Assembly (NCBI GenBank): GCA_014905635.1
Contig: JABVCE010000020.1
Span: 620,001-684,000 of the forward strand
Length of the DNA stretch: 64,000 bases
Origin: Scenedesmus sp. PABB004
Lineage: Eukaryota
Direction: 5' to 3'
The position numbers and the translations under genes were made by a program. Positions 12,404 to 24,329 of the stretch are shown here, piece by piece; position 1 is the stretch's first letter, and each line of letters begins with the position of its first letter. A model generated the notes under the pieces. The model searched no databases. It was not told where the DNA came from and saw only the letters and a program-made list of their open reading frames with translations.

Positions 12404-12986
12404 CGCGCGATCTATCTACACGCCGCGGCAGGCGCCTGGGGCGTGGACGGACGGGTTTGTGGCGCTGCGGGGACGCCTGGAACCAGCTGTGTCGCCAGGC
12501 ACGGGGTTTAGGGCGGGCTCACACTGAGTGCTTGGCTCCTTACCCGACGCGGGCGCCGCCGCCCCCGCGCCGCCGACCCACGGGTCCGGTTCAATGCCAG
12601 GCAGGCAAGCGGGCCATCAGCGAGCGCATTGCAAGAGAAGAGGACAGGCCAAGGGGTCGCGCACCAGCCTGCCTAGCTAGCCTAAAGAGAAAGAGAGAGA
12701 GAGAGGCACCCGCCGCCGCGCGCGGCACACGCCGCGCGGCGTCTGTCCGCGCGGCGGCGGCGGCGCGCCTCGCGGCGCGCGCCTCGTGCCTAGAGCCTAC
12801 GCGCGCAGCCGGGCGAAGCCGGCTGGCAATGCCCCGCCGTGCCGGGGCCGGGGCCGGGGCGGGGGCGGCCGTCCCATTCACATCGTCGTCCCAGCCTCTG
12901 CACAGAGCCCCCTCTCGGCGCGCGACCGCGCAAAGCTGCTGCACGGCGCGCGGCGCCGCCCGCCCGCCCGCCCGCGGCGCCCCGCG

Positions 12987-13689
12987 TCACGGCTGGACGT
13001 GCCGGTGCTGCCAGTAGCGCTGCTGCTCGGCGAGCTCCATGCGCCGCACGCCGAGCACCGCCAGCTTGCCCCACTCGTCCTGCGCCCACTCGACGGCGTA
13101 GACCTCGCCGCTCGCGGGGTCGGCCGCCGCCTCCTGCCCGACCGGCACCTCGAGCGTGCCGCCGCCGTCGGGGAGCTCCACGAGCACGGTGTGCCCGTGC
13201 GCGGCCGCGTGGTCCTGCTCCGCCTGCTTCACGACGGCAAGGAAGACCTCCTCGAGCGACGCGAGGCTCACGTGCACCTCGGCGAGCCCGAGCGCGGCCG
13301 CGGCCGCGGGGTCGTCGAGCGCCTCGAGCAGCGCCTGCAGCGCCGGCGCGAGGCCCGCGGGGATGACATAGTGCAGCATGCCGCGCCCCTCCTCCGTGGG
13401 CGCGAGCCCCAGGTGCCCCGCGACGAGCTCCTGCAGCGCGCCGGTGCCGCCGTCGGGCGACGGCGGCGGCGGCGGCGGCGGCGCGCCGCCGAGCGCCGCC
13501 GGCGGCCCGGCGGCGGCGGCGCCGCCCGACAGGACTGACTGCAGCCCCGCGTGCCGCGCGCCGCCGTCGCTGCCGCCGCCGCCGACCGCCAGCTGGCACT
13601 CGGCCGCGTGCTGCTGCAGCTGGCCCCAGGGGTCGGGCGGCGGCGGCGGCGCCGCGTCCTTCAGGCGCATGCGCAGCTGCGGTGACGGC

Positions 13690-13720
<31 letters not shown>

Positions 13721-16700
13721 GCGGGGTGAGCGCGCGCGGCGTGGCGCGGCGACGCGATGCGTCCGCGCCATAGCGGCCGCAACGCCTTGCCGCCTGGGCC
13801 GCGTCGCCGCCGGCGCCGCGCGCGCGGGCGCACCTGGTAGCCGTTGCCGTACTTCTGCTTGAGCGTGAGGCTGCCGCCCAGCACGCGCATGCGGCCGCGC
13901 ACCATGATGCCGATGCGGTCGCCCAGCGCGTCCGCCTCCTGCAGCGGCGCGGACCGGGCCGGCCGGTCAGCGGCGGCGGGCCGCGGGCAGGCTGCGCAGG
14001 GCGCGCGGGCGGGCAGGCAGGCGTCCGGCGCGCGGCGCACCTCCATGCTGTGCGTGGTGAGCACGATCGCGGCGTGGCTCTTGGCCGCGTTGATCGCGTC
14101 CCACACGGCGCGGCGGCTGATCGGGTCCATGCCTGCGCGGCGGCGGCGGCGGAGCGGTGACGGGCCGCGTGAGCGAGCACTGCCGCCACGCGGGCCGCAG
14201 CCGCCACGCAGGCGCAAGCTGCGGCCCCCGCCGCGGACCGGCGGCGCAGCAGCGGCGACGCTGCGCCCACCTGTGCTGGGCTCGTCCAGGTACACCAGCT
14301 GCGGCTGCCCCAGCAGCGCGAGCGCAACGCTCAGCCGCCGCTTCATGCCGCCGCTGTAGCTGCTGCTGCGCTTGCCCGCCGCCGGCGTGAGCTGCACCTG
14401 CTCCAGCAGCGCGGCGCCCTGCTCCGCCACCTGCGGCCGGCCGGCGGCGCCGGTGAGCGCCCGGCGCCCCGCCGCCGTGCGCGGCCGCCGCGCGCGCGCG
14501 CCGCGCCGTGCGCTGCATGCGCCGCCGCGCCGCCGCGCACCTCGTGGGAGGGCAGGCCTTTGATGCATCCGTAGATGTACATGTGCTCGCGGCCGGAGAG
14601 CTCGTCCCAGAGCACGTCAAACTGCGGGCACACGCCCATGGCTGCCTGCGCGACCGCGAGCCCGTCCGGCGTGAGCAGCGAGTGCCCCATCACGCGGATG
14701 TCGCCGCCGCTCGGCGGCAGCGCGCCTGCGCGGCGGGCGGGCGGGCGGGCGGGGCGGGCGGGGCGGGCGGGGCGGGCGGGCGGGCGGGGCGGCTGGGCTG
14801 CAGGCGGCGGCAGCGGCCGAGCCAGCTGCGGCCAGCCAGCTGCTGCCAGCCCGCCGGCCGGCCGCTGCCAGCCCAGCCAAGCCCCGGCGCGCACCTATCA
14901 AGCAGTTGATGCTCGTGGTCTTGCCCGCGCCGTTGGGGCCGAGCAGGCACAGCAGCTGGCCCTTGGGCACGCCGAACCAGCTGTCCGCGACGGCCACAAA
15001 CTGCTGCGGGCGCTGCTGCGCGCCGCCGCCGCCGCCGCCCTGGCCGCGCCACGCGCGCGCGCCAAAGGGCCACCAGCGCGCCGCGCCGCGCGCGGGCAGC
15101 TTGTACACTTTGCGCAGCCCGAAGACCTGCACCGTGTCCTGCTTGGGCGTCCAGCCCGCGTCCGCGTCTGCGGCGCGGCGGCAGCGGCGCGGCGCGCGCT
15201 CGGCCGCCGCCGCCGCCACTGCCATCGCCGCCGCCGTTGCCGCCGCTGCCGCTGCCATCGCCGCTGCCATCGCCGCCGCCGCCGCCGCCGCCGCCGCTGC
15301 GCCGCCGCCGCCCCTGCACGCACCTGAGTACCACGCCGCCTTCATGCGCTGCTCCTCCTGCAGCACCCCGGGGTCCAGCACCACCGGGACCATGCCGAAG
15401 CCGCCCGGCGGCGCGCCGTCGCGCCCGGCGCCGCCCGGCCCCGCCGCGCCGGCGGCGGCGACCATGCTGCCGTGCTTCCGGCTCGCGTGCAGCATCGCGC
15501 CGCCGCCCTCGGCGGTGGCGCCGCCGCGCCAGAACTGCCACCAGCGCCGCCCGCCGGCGCGCGCCGCCGCGAGCTGCTGCTGGTACGCGGCGAGGCTGAT
15601 GGTCGCGCCCGGCGCGGCCGCGGCACCGCCGGCAAAGCCGACCCCGCTGTGCGCCTCCGAGCTCGCGTCGCTTAGGCGCAGCACCGTGACCGACGGCTGC
15701 ACCATGAGCTGCTGCGAGAGCTGCTGCGAGTGCTGCTGCGGCGGGAACACGGGCAGCCGGCCGAGCGTGCTGTGCCCGCTCGCGCTGCGCGCGGCGCCCG
15801 GCTCGCCGGCGGCTGCGCCGGCCTCGCCCGCCGCGCTGCTGGCGCGGTGGTCGCGCCGGCGCAGGAAGCCGCTCGACACGCTGTGCCGGTGGCTGCTGCC
15901 CACGCTGCCGGCGGGCGCGTCGAGCGGCGCGCCGCGGCCCGGCTCGCCCGCGCCGCCGGCGCCGGGGCTGCTGCTGCAGCGGATGACCAGCTCGCCCTCC
16001 TTGGCGTCGGTGATGCTCTTGGCGGCCTTGCGGTTGACGTCCGACGCCGCAAACGGCGTGCGCGCGCCGCCGGCGCCGGAGCGGGCCTTGCCGCCCGCGG
16101 CGGCGCCGCCGCCGCCGCGCGGCGCGAGCCCGACGGCGCGCCCCGCCGCGCGCAGCAGCGCCGCGGGCCAGCGCCCGCCGAGCAGCAGCAGCGGGTACCA
16201 GGGCGGCCGCGCGACGCCGTGGCGGTCGGGGCGCACGCTGTCAAAGTAGACCGCGGCCGCCGCCCACGCGACCGCCTGCACCAGCAGCGTCGCAAAGCAC
16301 TGCTCGATGGAGTAGATGCAGTTGTTCTCCATGTAGAGCCAGGTCATGTTGCCCGCCGTGGCCTTGGCGGGGTCGGGGACGTAGCGGCAGTAGCTCGAGC
16401 GCTGCGAGAAGCGCAGCCCTGCGGGAGGCGGCCGGCCGGCCGGGCGCGGCGGGCGCGCGCGCGCGCGCGTGGGCGGGCGCGGTGCGGCGGTTCGGCGGCC
16501 CGGCGGTGCGACCCGCCGGCGGCGCCTGCCGCGCCCGAGCCGGCGCGGCGCGCACCTGGCGAGACCGGGTGCGTCGCGGCGGCGGACATGTCGAGCACGC
16601 CCTTGGTCAGCGGGTTCCAGGGGAAGAGCGCAAAGATCCAGAAGAACGCCTTGCCCATGCCGTTGGAGGTGTAGAAGATGCTCGGCGCAAAGGGCAGCCC

Positions 16701-18861
16701 CATCACGCCCAGCGCCTGGCACACCCAGCCCACCTGCGGCGCGCGCGGGCGCGGCGCGGCGCGGCGGGTGAGCCGCTCGCTCCTCTGCGAGAGGCGCGCT
16801 CCGGCTGCCGCTGGCGGCACTGCTGCTGGCCGCTCGCTGCCGCTCGCCGCCGCTGCCCCGCCCCGCGCCGCGCCGCCGCCCGCCGCCCGGTGCGGCGGCG
16901 CGCACCAGCACGATGCCGAGCCCCGCGTTGCTCGCCGACTGCGCGGTGCTGAGGAACACCGACACGCAGCACGTGAAGCTGCTCATCGCGACGCCAAAGA
17001 GCCAGAAGAGCACAAAGAGCAGGCCCACGTCATTCGTCACAAACATGTCCAGCCGCAGCGCGACGCCTGCGCGCCGCCGGCACGGCCGGGCAGAGCCGCG
17101 GCGTCAGGGCGGCGCGCGGCCGGCAGCGCGGCGAGCGGCGGCGGCGGCCGCGGCGGAGGCCCGCCCGCCGTGCTGCGCGCGCCGGCGGCGCACCAAAGCC
17201 GATGATCGCCCACGCGGTGACCGCGGCCATGGCCGCCTCGAAGAGCCACCAGGAGAGCCAGTAGGAGCCCTGCTGCAGGCCCATCGTCTGCAGCGCCTGG
17301 CGCAGGCCCGACTCCTTCTCGCTCACCAGCGCGGCGAGGTGGCTGATCGTGGCAAACATGCAGGCCACGAAGATGAACGGCGGCAGCACGTAACCCGCCG
17401 TGCCCGCCGAGAGCTGCGGGTGCGGGAAGATCGCGGTGCGCGGCGCCCACGCGAGGCGCGCCGCCTCGTCAGCGCGGCCCGCGGACGCGAGGTAGTGCCG
17501 CGCGACCTCGCGCGCGACCGCCGACATGAAGGGCAGCTGGAAAAAGTCGTTCGGCCCCTGCACGTAACCCTTGAACGTCGGCGTCTGCGCGCGCAGCGCG
17601 TGCGCCGCTCACGCCGCCCGCCGGCCGGCGGCCGGCGGCGCAGCCGGTCCGCGCGGCAGGCTCGGCGCGCCGCGCCCCCGGCGCCCCGGCGCACCGAGGT
17701 GTTGGTCTGCAGCACATACTGCAGCTGCGAGTTGGGGCCCTCGCTGAAGTGCACCGCGCCGAGCACGTACCTCTCCCGGCTCTGGATGAACGCGTCTGCG
17801 TCCGCCCGGCTCGCAAAGCCCATCACCTGCGCCGCGCGGGCGGCGTGTCAACGGCGGCGGCGGCCAGGCTGGCGTTGCTGCGCGCGCGCGCCGCCGGCCC
17901 CCTCGGGCTGGGCCGTCGCTGGCCCCGCCGCTGCAGGCCTGCGCACACGGCGCGGCGCCGCCGCCGCGCGCACCCGCGCGTCCGGTATGGGCGGGTCATT
18001 GTTCCGCTGTATCGACGACACGATGGCCTGGCGCGGGCGGCAGCGGACGCGGTGGCGGCGGCGGCGTCCGGCGCGGCGGCGGCAGCGGCGGCGCGGCGCG
18101 CGCGCGGCGCGGGCCCGCGCGGGGTCCGGGCCCGTCCTGCAAGCGCGCGCGCGCTGCCGCCGCCGCCGCCGCGCTCGCACCTGCACCGCGTCGGTGTCGT
18201 TGGGCGTGTAAATGAAGTCGAGGCAGGGCTTGGTGTGGATGAAGAGCTCCGAGCTGCAGGCGGGGATGGGCCCGATGCCGACGGGCTCGCTGACCGGCGC
18301 GTCGCGGATGCGGCCCGTGCGGCGCGCGTTCACGCCCATGACCTCCTGCACCAGCAGCGCCAGCGCCAGGAACAGCAGCGGCGCCAGCAGCCGGATGGCC
18401 GTCGCCCAGCGGTTGCGCCACGCGACGAGCACTGCGGCGGCGCGGCGGCGGCGGCGCGCAGCGGTTGCGGCGGCGCGCCGCGCCGCGGCGGCGCCCGGCG
18501 CCACGGCGCAGCTGTGGGTGCCGCCGCGCGCCCTGCAGCTGCCGGGGACCCTGCGGCGGCCCCCGGGGTCGCCGGGCGGCCGGTGCTGCTCCGGCCAGGC
18601 CTGCAACCGAACGCCCCCGCCCCGCGCGCTCGCTGCTCTGCGGCCGCCCTGCCGGCGCGGGGAGCTGGTGCTTGCTGTGTGACCGCCGGAGAACGGTGCG
18701 CCAGGCCCCCAGGGGGCTCCCCGCGGCGCCAGGGGCGCCGCGCCATCGCCGACCGCCTGCCCCGGTTCCGGCGGCTCACCATTCTTCACGAACAGCGCCC
18801 CCGTCTGCCGCACGCCCTTGTGGCGCTGCACGCGGTCCAGCAGCGCGCGCGGTTGGCCCAT
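12987..18861 (-). CDS. ABC transporter subfamily A, half-size TMD-NBD (14 exons)
   Basis: ALFVKN...WRN, LVSEKESGLRQALQTMGL...YWLSW, Walker A GPNGAGKTT, GVCPQFDVLW, signature YSGGMKRRLS, Walker B VYLDEPSTGMDP and H-loop LTTHSMEEA. Confidence 0.93.
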
Positions 18862-19355
18862 TGCTACACAACCGAAGGCGTAGCTGCCCCCGGGGCCCGC
18901 TGGGCAGCCCTGCACCGGGCACCGCAACGCACTAGGAGCGCGCGACTTCTGAACGGCCGCGCGGCCGCCACCAGCAGGCAGGCTCCAACAGCAGCACGAC
19001 GGCAAAACCCGGGCGCGGCCAGCACACCTTGTTCAGGTGGCCTGCTGGTGTTCTTTATTGGCCGCACACACACACGTGTGTGGCGCCCGGGGCCGCTTGC
19101 CCCCAGACGCGTCGGGCGTCCCGGCGGGACGCCCCGCGAGGGCGCAGCGTGCTGCTGTGCACACGGTCGTTGGCCGCACACACACACATGAGCAGACGCG
19201 CAGGCAGGTCCTGAGCAACTCGGACGCAGGCGCCGCTCAAACCCATTCAAGCCCGGCACCCGCCGCGACCGGGCACCGGCCGCCGCCGGCGCGCGCCCCG
19301 GCGGCGGCGACGGCTGGGACCTCGGACCTCCGACCTCGGGACCTCAAACTCAACT

Positions 19356-19740
19356 TCAGCCCGCCCCTGGCTCCCAATCCATATCGTCGCCGTCAGACTG
19401 GGGCGGCGTGAGCTCGCCCCCGCCGCCCCGCCCGCGCCCGCCGCGCCCGCGCCAACCGCCGCCCCGGCCCCGCCCGCCGCCGCGGCCGCGCCCGCCGCCG
19501 CCGCCGCGCGGCCGCCTCGGCCGCCTCACGCGCCGCCCGTGCGCGCGCCGCCGCGCGCCGCAGCTCGTCGGGCGTCTCGGCGCACCCGGCGGCAGCTCGC
19601 GCAGCACGTCCGCGCGCACGAGGCCGACGCAGTGGTTGATCTCGGCGTCCTCGAGCGCCGCGCCGTCGAAGCTGGGCGCGGCGGTGGCGGGCATGAAGTA
19701 CCCGGCCCTACGGTAGCAGTATGTGCGCAGCGCGTCCGGG
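19356..19740 (-). pseudogene. Possible degenerate coding fragment
   Basis: Protein-like stretch YRRAGYFMPATAAPSFDGAALEDAEINHCVGLVRADVLRELPP, with a likely frame change to ETPDELRRAAARARAAREAAE and an end at SDGDDMDWEPGAG*. No family recognised. Confidence 0.25.
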
Positions 19741-20178
19741 GCCGGCGCGCCGCGCCCGGGCGCGCTCCGTGCCCGCGCGCCGGCCGGCCGCGCGCTGCGC
19801 CGCCAGGGCGCAGGCGCCGCCCGCCGGCCGCCGCCCCGGGGCCGCCTCGCCCAGAGCACCCACCGTCCGCAGCTGCCACACGGCGCACGCCCGCCGTCGG
19901 CGGGGCCAGCTCGCGGGCAGCTGGAGGCGCTGCGCACGCTGGGTGCGCGCGAGCGGCTTTCGCTGGCGGCGCGCGTGGTGCGAGGTGCGCTGACGAGCGC
20001 TGACGTCGGAGAGCGCGCCAGTTGCCGCTGACGTCGAAGAGCGCGCCAGTTGCACGCCGCGAGCCTTCCCGCCCCGCCCGCCCCGCCGCCCACACGCTGC
20101 GCGCGCGGCGCGCGCCCCCGCGCCGCGCCCCGCCCGCCCCGCGCCGCCCGGCCGAAGAGAGCCGCAACACAGTGCCGC

Positions 20179-21287
20179 TTACTTCTTCTTGCCGCCGCCC
20201 TTGCCCTCCTTGAGCTTGATGAACTCGCCCTCGTAGCGGATGCCCTTGCCCTTGTAGGGCTCGGGCGGCCGCTGGCGCCGCACCTCGGCGCAGTACGCGC
20301 CGAGCGCGACCTTGTCGGCGCCGGTGAACGTCAGCTGCGTGTTCTTCTCTACCTGCCAGGGGGCCGAGGCGGGCGGGGCGCGGGGCGCGGTCGGCGGCGG
20401 CGCGGGCGACGGCGCGGGCGGCGGGCGCGGCGGCGGCGCGGGCGCGCCCGCGCGGCGGCGGTTCCGCACCTTGACCGTGAGGCCCTCGGGGATGGCCAGC
20501 ACGCGCGGCTTGCTGTAGCCGACGTTCAGCGTCAGCTCCTTGCCTGCCACGCTCGCGCGGTAGCCCGTGCCCACCATCTCCATGCGCCGCTCAAAGCCGG
20601 CCGACACGCCGACGACCATGTTGCTGGCCAGCGACCTGCTGAGCCCGTGCATGGCCGACGCCCGCTTCGTCTCCTCCGCGCGCCGCACGAGCAGTTGGTC
20701 GGCGTCCTGCGAGCGGGCGCGCGGGGCTCGCGCGGGGGCTCGCGCGTGGGCGCGGGCTCCCGCCGACCGCCCGCGGCCGCGCCGCTGCTGCTCCCGGGGC
20801 GACGCGGCGGCGGCGCCGCGGCGGCGCCCAATTGCTGCGCCGCTCGCCGCCGGCGCGCGGCGGCGCGTGTGGCCGGCGCCGCCGCACCTGCGACAGCACC
20901 ACCTCGGGCACGAACGTCCACTGCAGCTCGCCCTTGGGCCCCTGCGAGTCCGGGAGCGGCGCTGGGCGCGCTGCGAGGGACGCTGCGGCCCAATGCGCGC
21001 CGCCATTGCGGGCAGCAGCCTCCGGCGGCATGGCGCCCCCGCGCCCGCCCCGCGCGCGCCGCGATGGCGCCGCGGCGCCCGGTGGCGCGCGCCGGCGTCG
21101 CCGCGTCCCTCCGCGGGCCAGGGCGCACCTTGACCTTGAGCGTGCTGCCCTTGAGGTCGATGGTCACGCCCTTGGGGATGGGCACCGGCTTCATGCCGAT
21201 GCGGCTCTCCTTGGCGACCACCGCCACGCACCGCGCCCGGCCGGGCACGGCGGCGCGCTGGCCCGCGAAGGCGCGGGTGGTCTGCAT
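20179..21287 (-). CDS. PRPL6: Plastid 50S ribosomal protein uL6 (nuclear-encoded, 4 exons)
   Basis: Transit peptide [14 protein letters not shown]..., then [34 protein letters not shown] and [13 protein letters not shown]. Confidence 0.96.
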
Positions 21288-21713
21288 GCCGCCGGCGCTC
21301 TGCTGCTGCCGGCGCGGCGCTCCGACGCTGTCCCTGACGCGTGCCGGGCGCTGCTGCGCGTCCTGGAGCGCCGGTGCGAGTCGGCCGGGAGTGCGGGGCG
21401 GCAGGGGGCGACGCCAGGCACCTGGGCGGTCGCTCGGCCAGGCACCTGGGCGGGCGCTCAGGTCAGGGCGCGCGGTTTGTTGCTGATCGCGCCAGACCAT
21501 TTCCCGGTGCGCCGGCGACCTGCCAGCACGACCTCTGGCGCCGCCGCGGCGCGCTGCTGCTGCCGTGCGCCGCCGCGGCGCGCGCGGCCGGTCCTGCTGC
21601 TGCCTGCGCAGGCCCGGCGTGCGTGCGTCTCGAGCACCTGCTGGAAGCGGCGGCGCATCGACACCCTCTCTCGCCCCGGCGGCGGCGCCGCCGCCACGCT
21701 GCGCCGCGCCGCG

Positions 21714-22485
21714 ATGCCCACGCGCCCGGGCCTCGCCTGCGTGGCGCTGCCCGTGGCGCCCTACGTGCGCGCGGCGCTGCTGTCCGCGGGCCTGACCGGC
21801 GTGGACGACCTGCGCGCCGCCGGCGACGCGGCGGCGCTCGCCGAGCGTGAGCAGCGCGGGCCGCCCGCGCGCCGCGCCGCGCCGCCGCGGCCGCCGACCC
21901 GCGCCGCCCGCGCCGGCCGCAGTGACGGGGCTGAGCCACAGCGACGCGGGGGAGGTGCTCGCGATCGCGCTGGAGGGCGCGCGCCCGGGTGGCGCCTGGC
22001 GGGTGCGGGCGGCAGCCGCTGCTCGACGGCGCACAGCGTGGCGCGCGCGCCGCGGCACGCACCGCGCGGCGGCTCGGGCTCGACGGAGGCGCTGGAGCCT
22101 CACCGCCGCCGCCCCCGCCGCCGCAGGTGCTGTGAGCGCGGCGGAGCTGCTGGCGCGCGACGCGCCCGGCGGCGGGCCGCCGCCGGGCGTCTCCACGGGC
22201 TGCGCGGCGCTCGACGCGCTGCTGGGCGGCGCGGGCGTCGCGTGCGGCACGGTCACCGAGCTATGTGAGCGGCGGCGGCGCGCTGCCGCGGCGCGCTGCG
22301 GCGGCGCGCTGCCGCGGCGCGCTGCGGCGGCGCGCTGCCGCGGCGCGCTGCGGCGGCGCGCTGCGGCGGCGCGCAGCTGGCACGCAGCCAGCCGCCGCTC
22401 ACGCGCCGCCCGCCCGCCCGCCGCGCAGTCGGCGTGCCTGGCGTCGGGAAGACGCAGATGGGGTGAGCCGCCCGCCTGGCTGCCC

Positions 22486-22528
<43 letters not shown>

Positions 22529-23844
22529 GCAGCGGCGGCAGCAGCAGCGCCCGGCAACGCCCGCCGCGCCGCGCCGCGCCGCAGCATGCAGCTCGCGGTC
22601 AACGTGCAGCTGCCGCAGGCCTTCGGCGGCCTCTCTGGCAAGGCGATCTACATCGGTGCGCGCTGCGCGCCGCGGCCACGGCCGGGGCCCGGCCAGCGGC
22701 GCCCGCGCCCCTGGGCGCCGCTCACGCACCCGCCGCCGCCGGCGCGCCGCCCCGCTCAACCCCTCGTTTGAAACGCCGCGCCCGAACGCTTGAATTCGAA
22801 TGAACGCCCCAGACACCGAGGGCTCCTTCATGCCCGACCGCCTCACCGACATGGCCGCCGCGGCCGTCGCGCGCGTGCAGGCGGCCGCCGCCGCGGCGGG
22901 CGACGCCGCCGCGGTGCGCGCCCGCGCACGCCGGTGCACACCGCGCCCGCCGCCGCGCCGCGCCGCGCCGCGCCCGTGCCCCCTGACCCCCGCCCCCCGA
23001 CCTCCACCCCCGCCTCGCCCTCTCCCCGCCGCGCAGGCGCCGCCGGGGCTGAGCGTGGAGGGCGTGCTGAGCAGCATACTCTACTTCCGCGTGCACTCGG
23101 CGCACGCGCAGCTCGCGCTCGCGCGCGTGCTCGACGTCCTGCTGTCGCAGCACAGCGAGGCGCGGACGCGCGCAGCGCCGCGCGCGGCGCAGGCGCCGCG
23201 CCGCGCCAGCTGCACCCTCTCGCCCGTTCTCACCCGCCCACACAAGCCCACACCACCCCACAAAGCCCACAAAACTCTGCAAACGCCGGCGGCGTTTGCC
23301 ACTCCCTGCCTATCCTCAGGTGCGGCTCGTCGTGCTCGACAGCGCGACGTTCCACTTCCGGCAGGACTTCCCCGACGCCGCGGCGCGGTCGCGCCTGCTG
23401 CTGGGCATGGCGGCGGCGCTCGCGGCGGCCGCGGAGGCGCGGCGCGTCGCGGTGGTCATGACCAACCAGGTGGGCCGCTGCTGGGGCGTCAGCGCCGCGG
23501 GCGCCAGACGCCGGCCCCTCCGCGCCACACGCCGGCGCGCCCCGCCGCCGCCGCAGGTGGTGACCCGCATCATCGACGCCCCAGGCGCGGGCGGCGGCGG
23601 CGACGCGCCCGGCGCCGGCGCGCCCGGCGCGGCGGCGGCGGCGGCCGCGTGGCTCGCGCCCGCCGGCGGCGAGGTGTGGGGCCAGGCGGCGCCGGCGCGC
23701 GTCGCGCTGTTCTGGCAGGGCCCGCAGCGCTACGCGCTGCTGGCCAAGGCCAAGCACCTGCCGGCGCCGCCGCCCGGCGGCGCCGGCGCCGGCCAGCGGC
23801 TGTGCGTGCCCTACAGCGTGGACGAGCGGGGCATCACCAGTTGA
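21714..23844 (+). CDS. RAD51C: RAD51 paralog, most like RAD51C (9 exons)
   Basis: STGCAALDALLGG, Walker A GVPGVGKTQ, MQLAVNVQLPQAFGGL, YIDTEGSF, Walker B LVVLDS, FHFRQDF, VVMTNQ and GEVWGQA. Confidence 0.9.
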
Positions 23845-24329
23845 GCGTCAATTGAGCTCAGCTCAGCCACGCACGAGCGATGCACGCGGGCGCACGGCGG
23901 CAGCGGCCCGCGCGGCTCCCCTCCCCTCGGCCTGCGCCCCACCCACACGGCCCCGCGGGCCGGCCCGCGTGCTGGGCCCGCTGCGCCGCGCCCAAGCCGC
24001 GGCGGCGTGCAGCAAGGCCCGGCGGCTCCGGCCGCCCCGCGACCACCACGCACTGGTGAGCGGCGACGGGGCGGCAGGGGTTGGCTGCCCGGCGGCTGCT
24101 GGCCATGGCCGCGCCTCACACCCGCCCGGCCGCCTGCGCAGGCTGCGGCTGCCGCTGCCGGCGCGAGGGCAGGCGTCTGCTAGCAGAGGCTGACCGGTCG
24201 CAGCTGCAACCGGCGGCGCACGCGGGCGGACAGCTGACAGCGTGGGCCCGGCGCGCAGAGTAACTCTGTTGCACGCGCCCCGACCCAGCGCCGCGCCCAG
24301 GATCAAATGGCCGGCCCCGCAGCGCGGCG

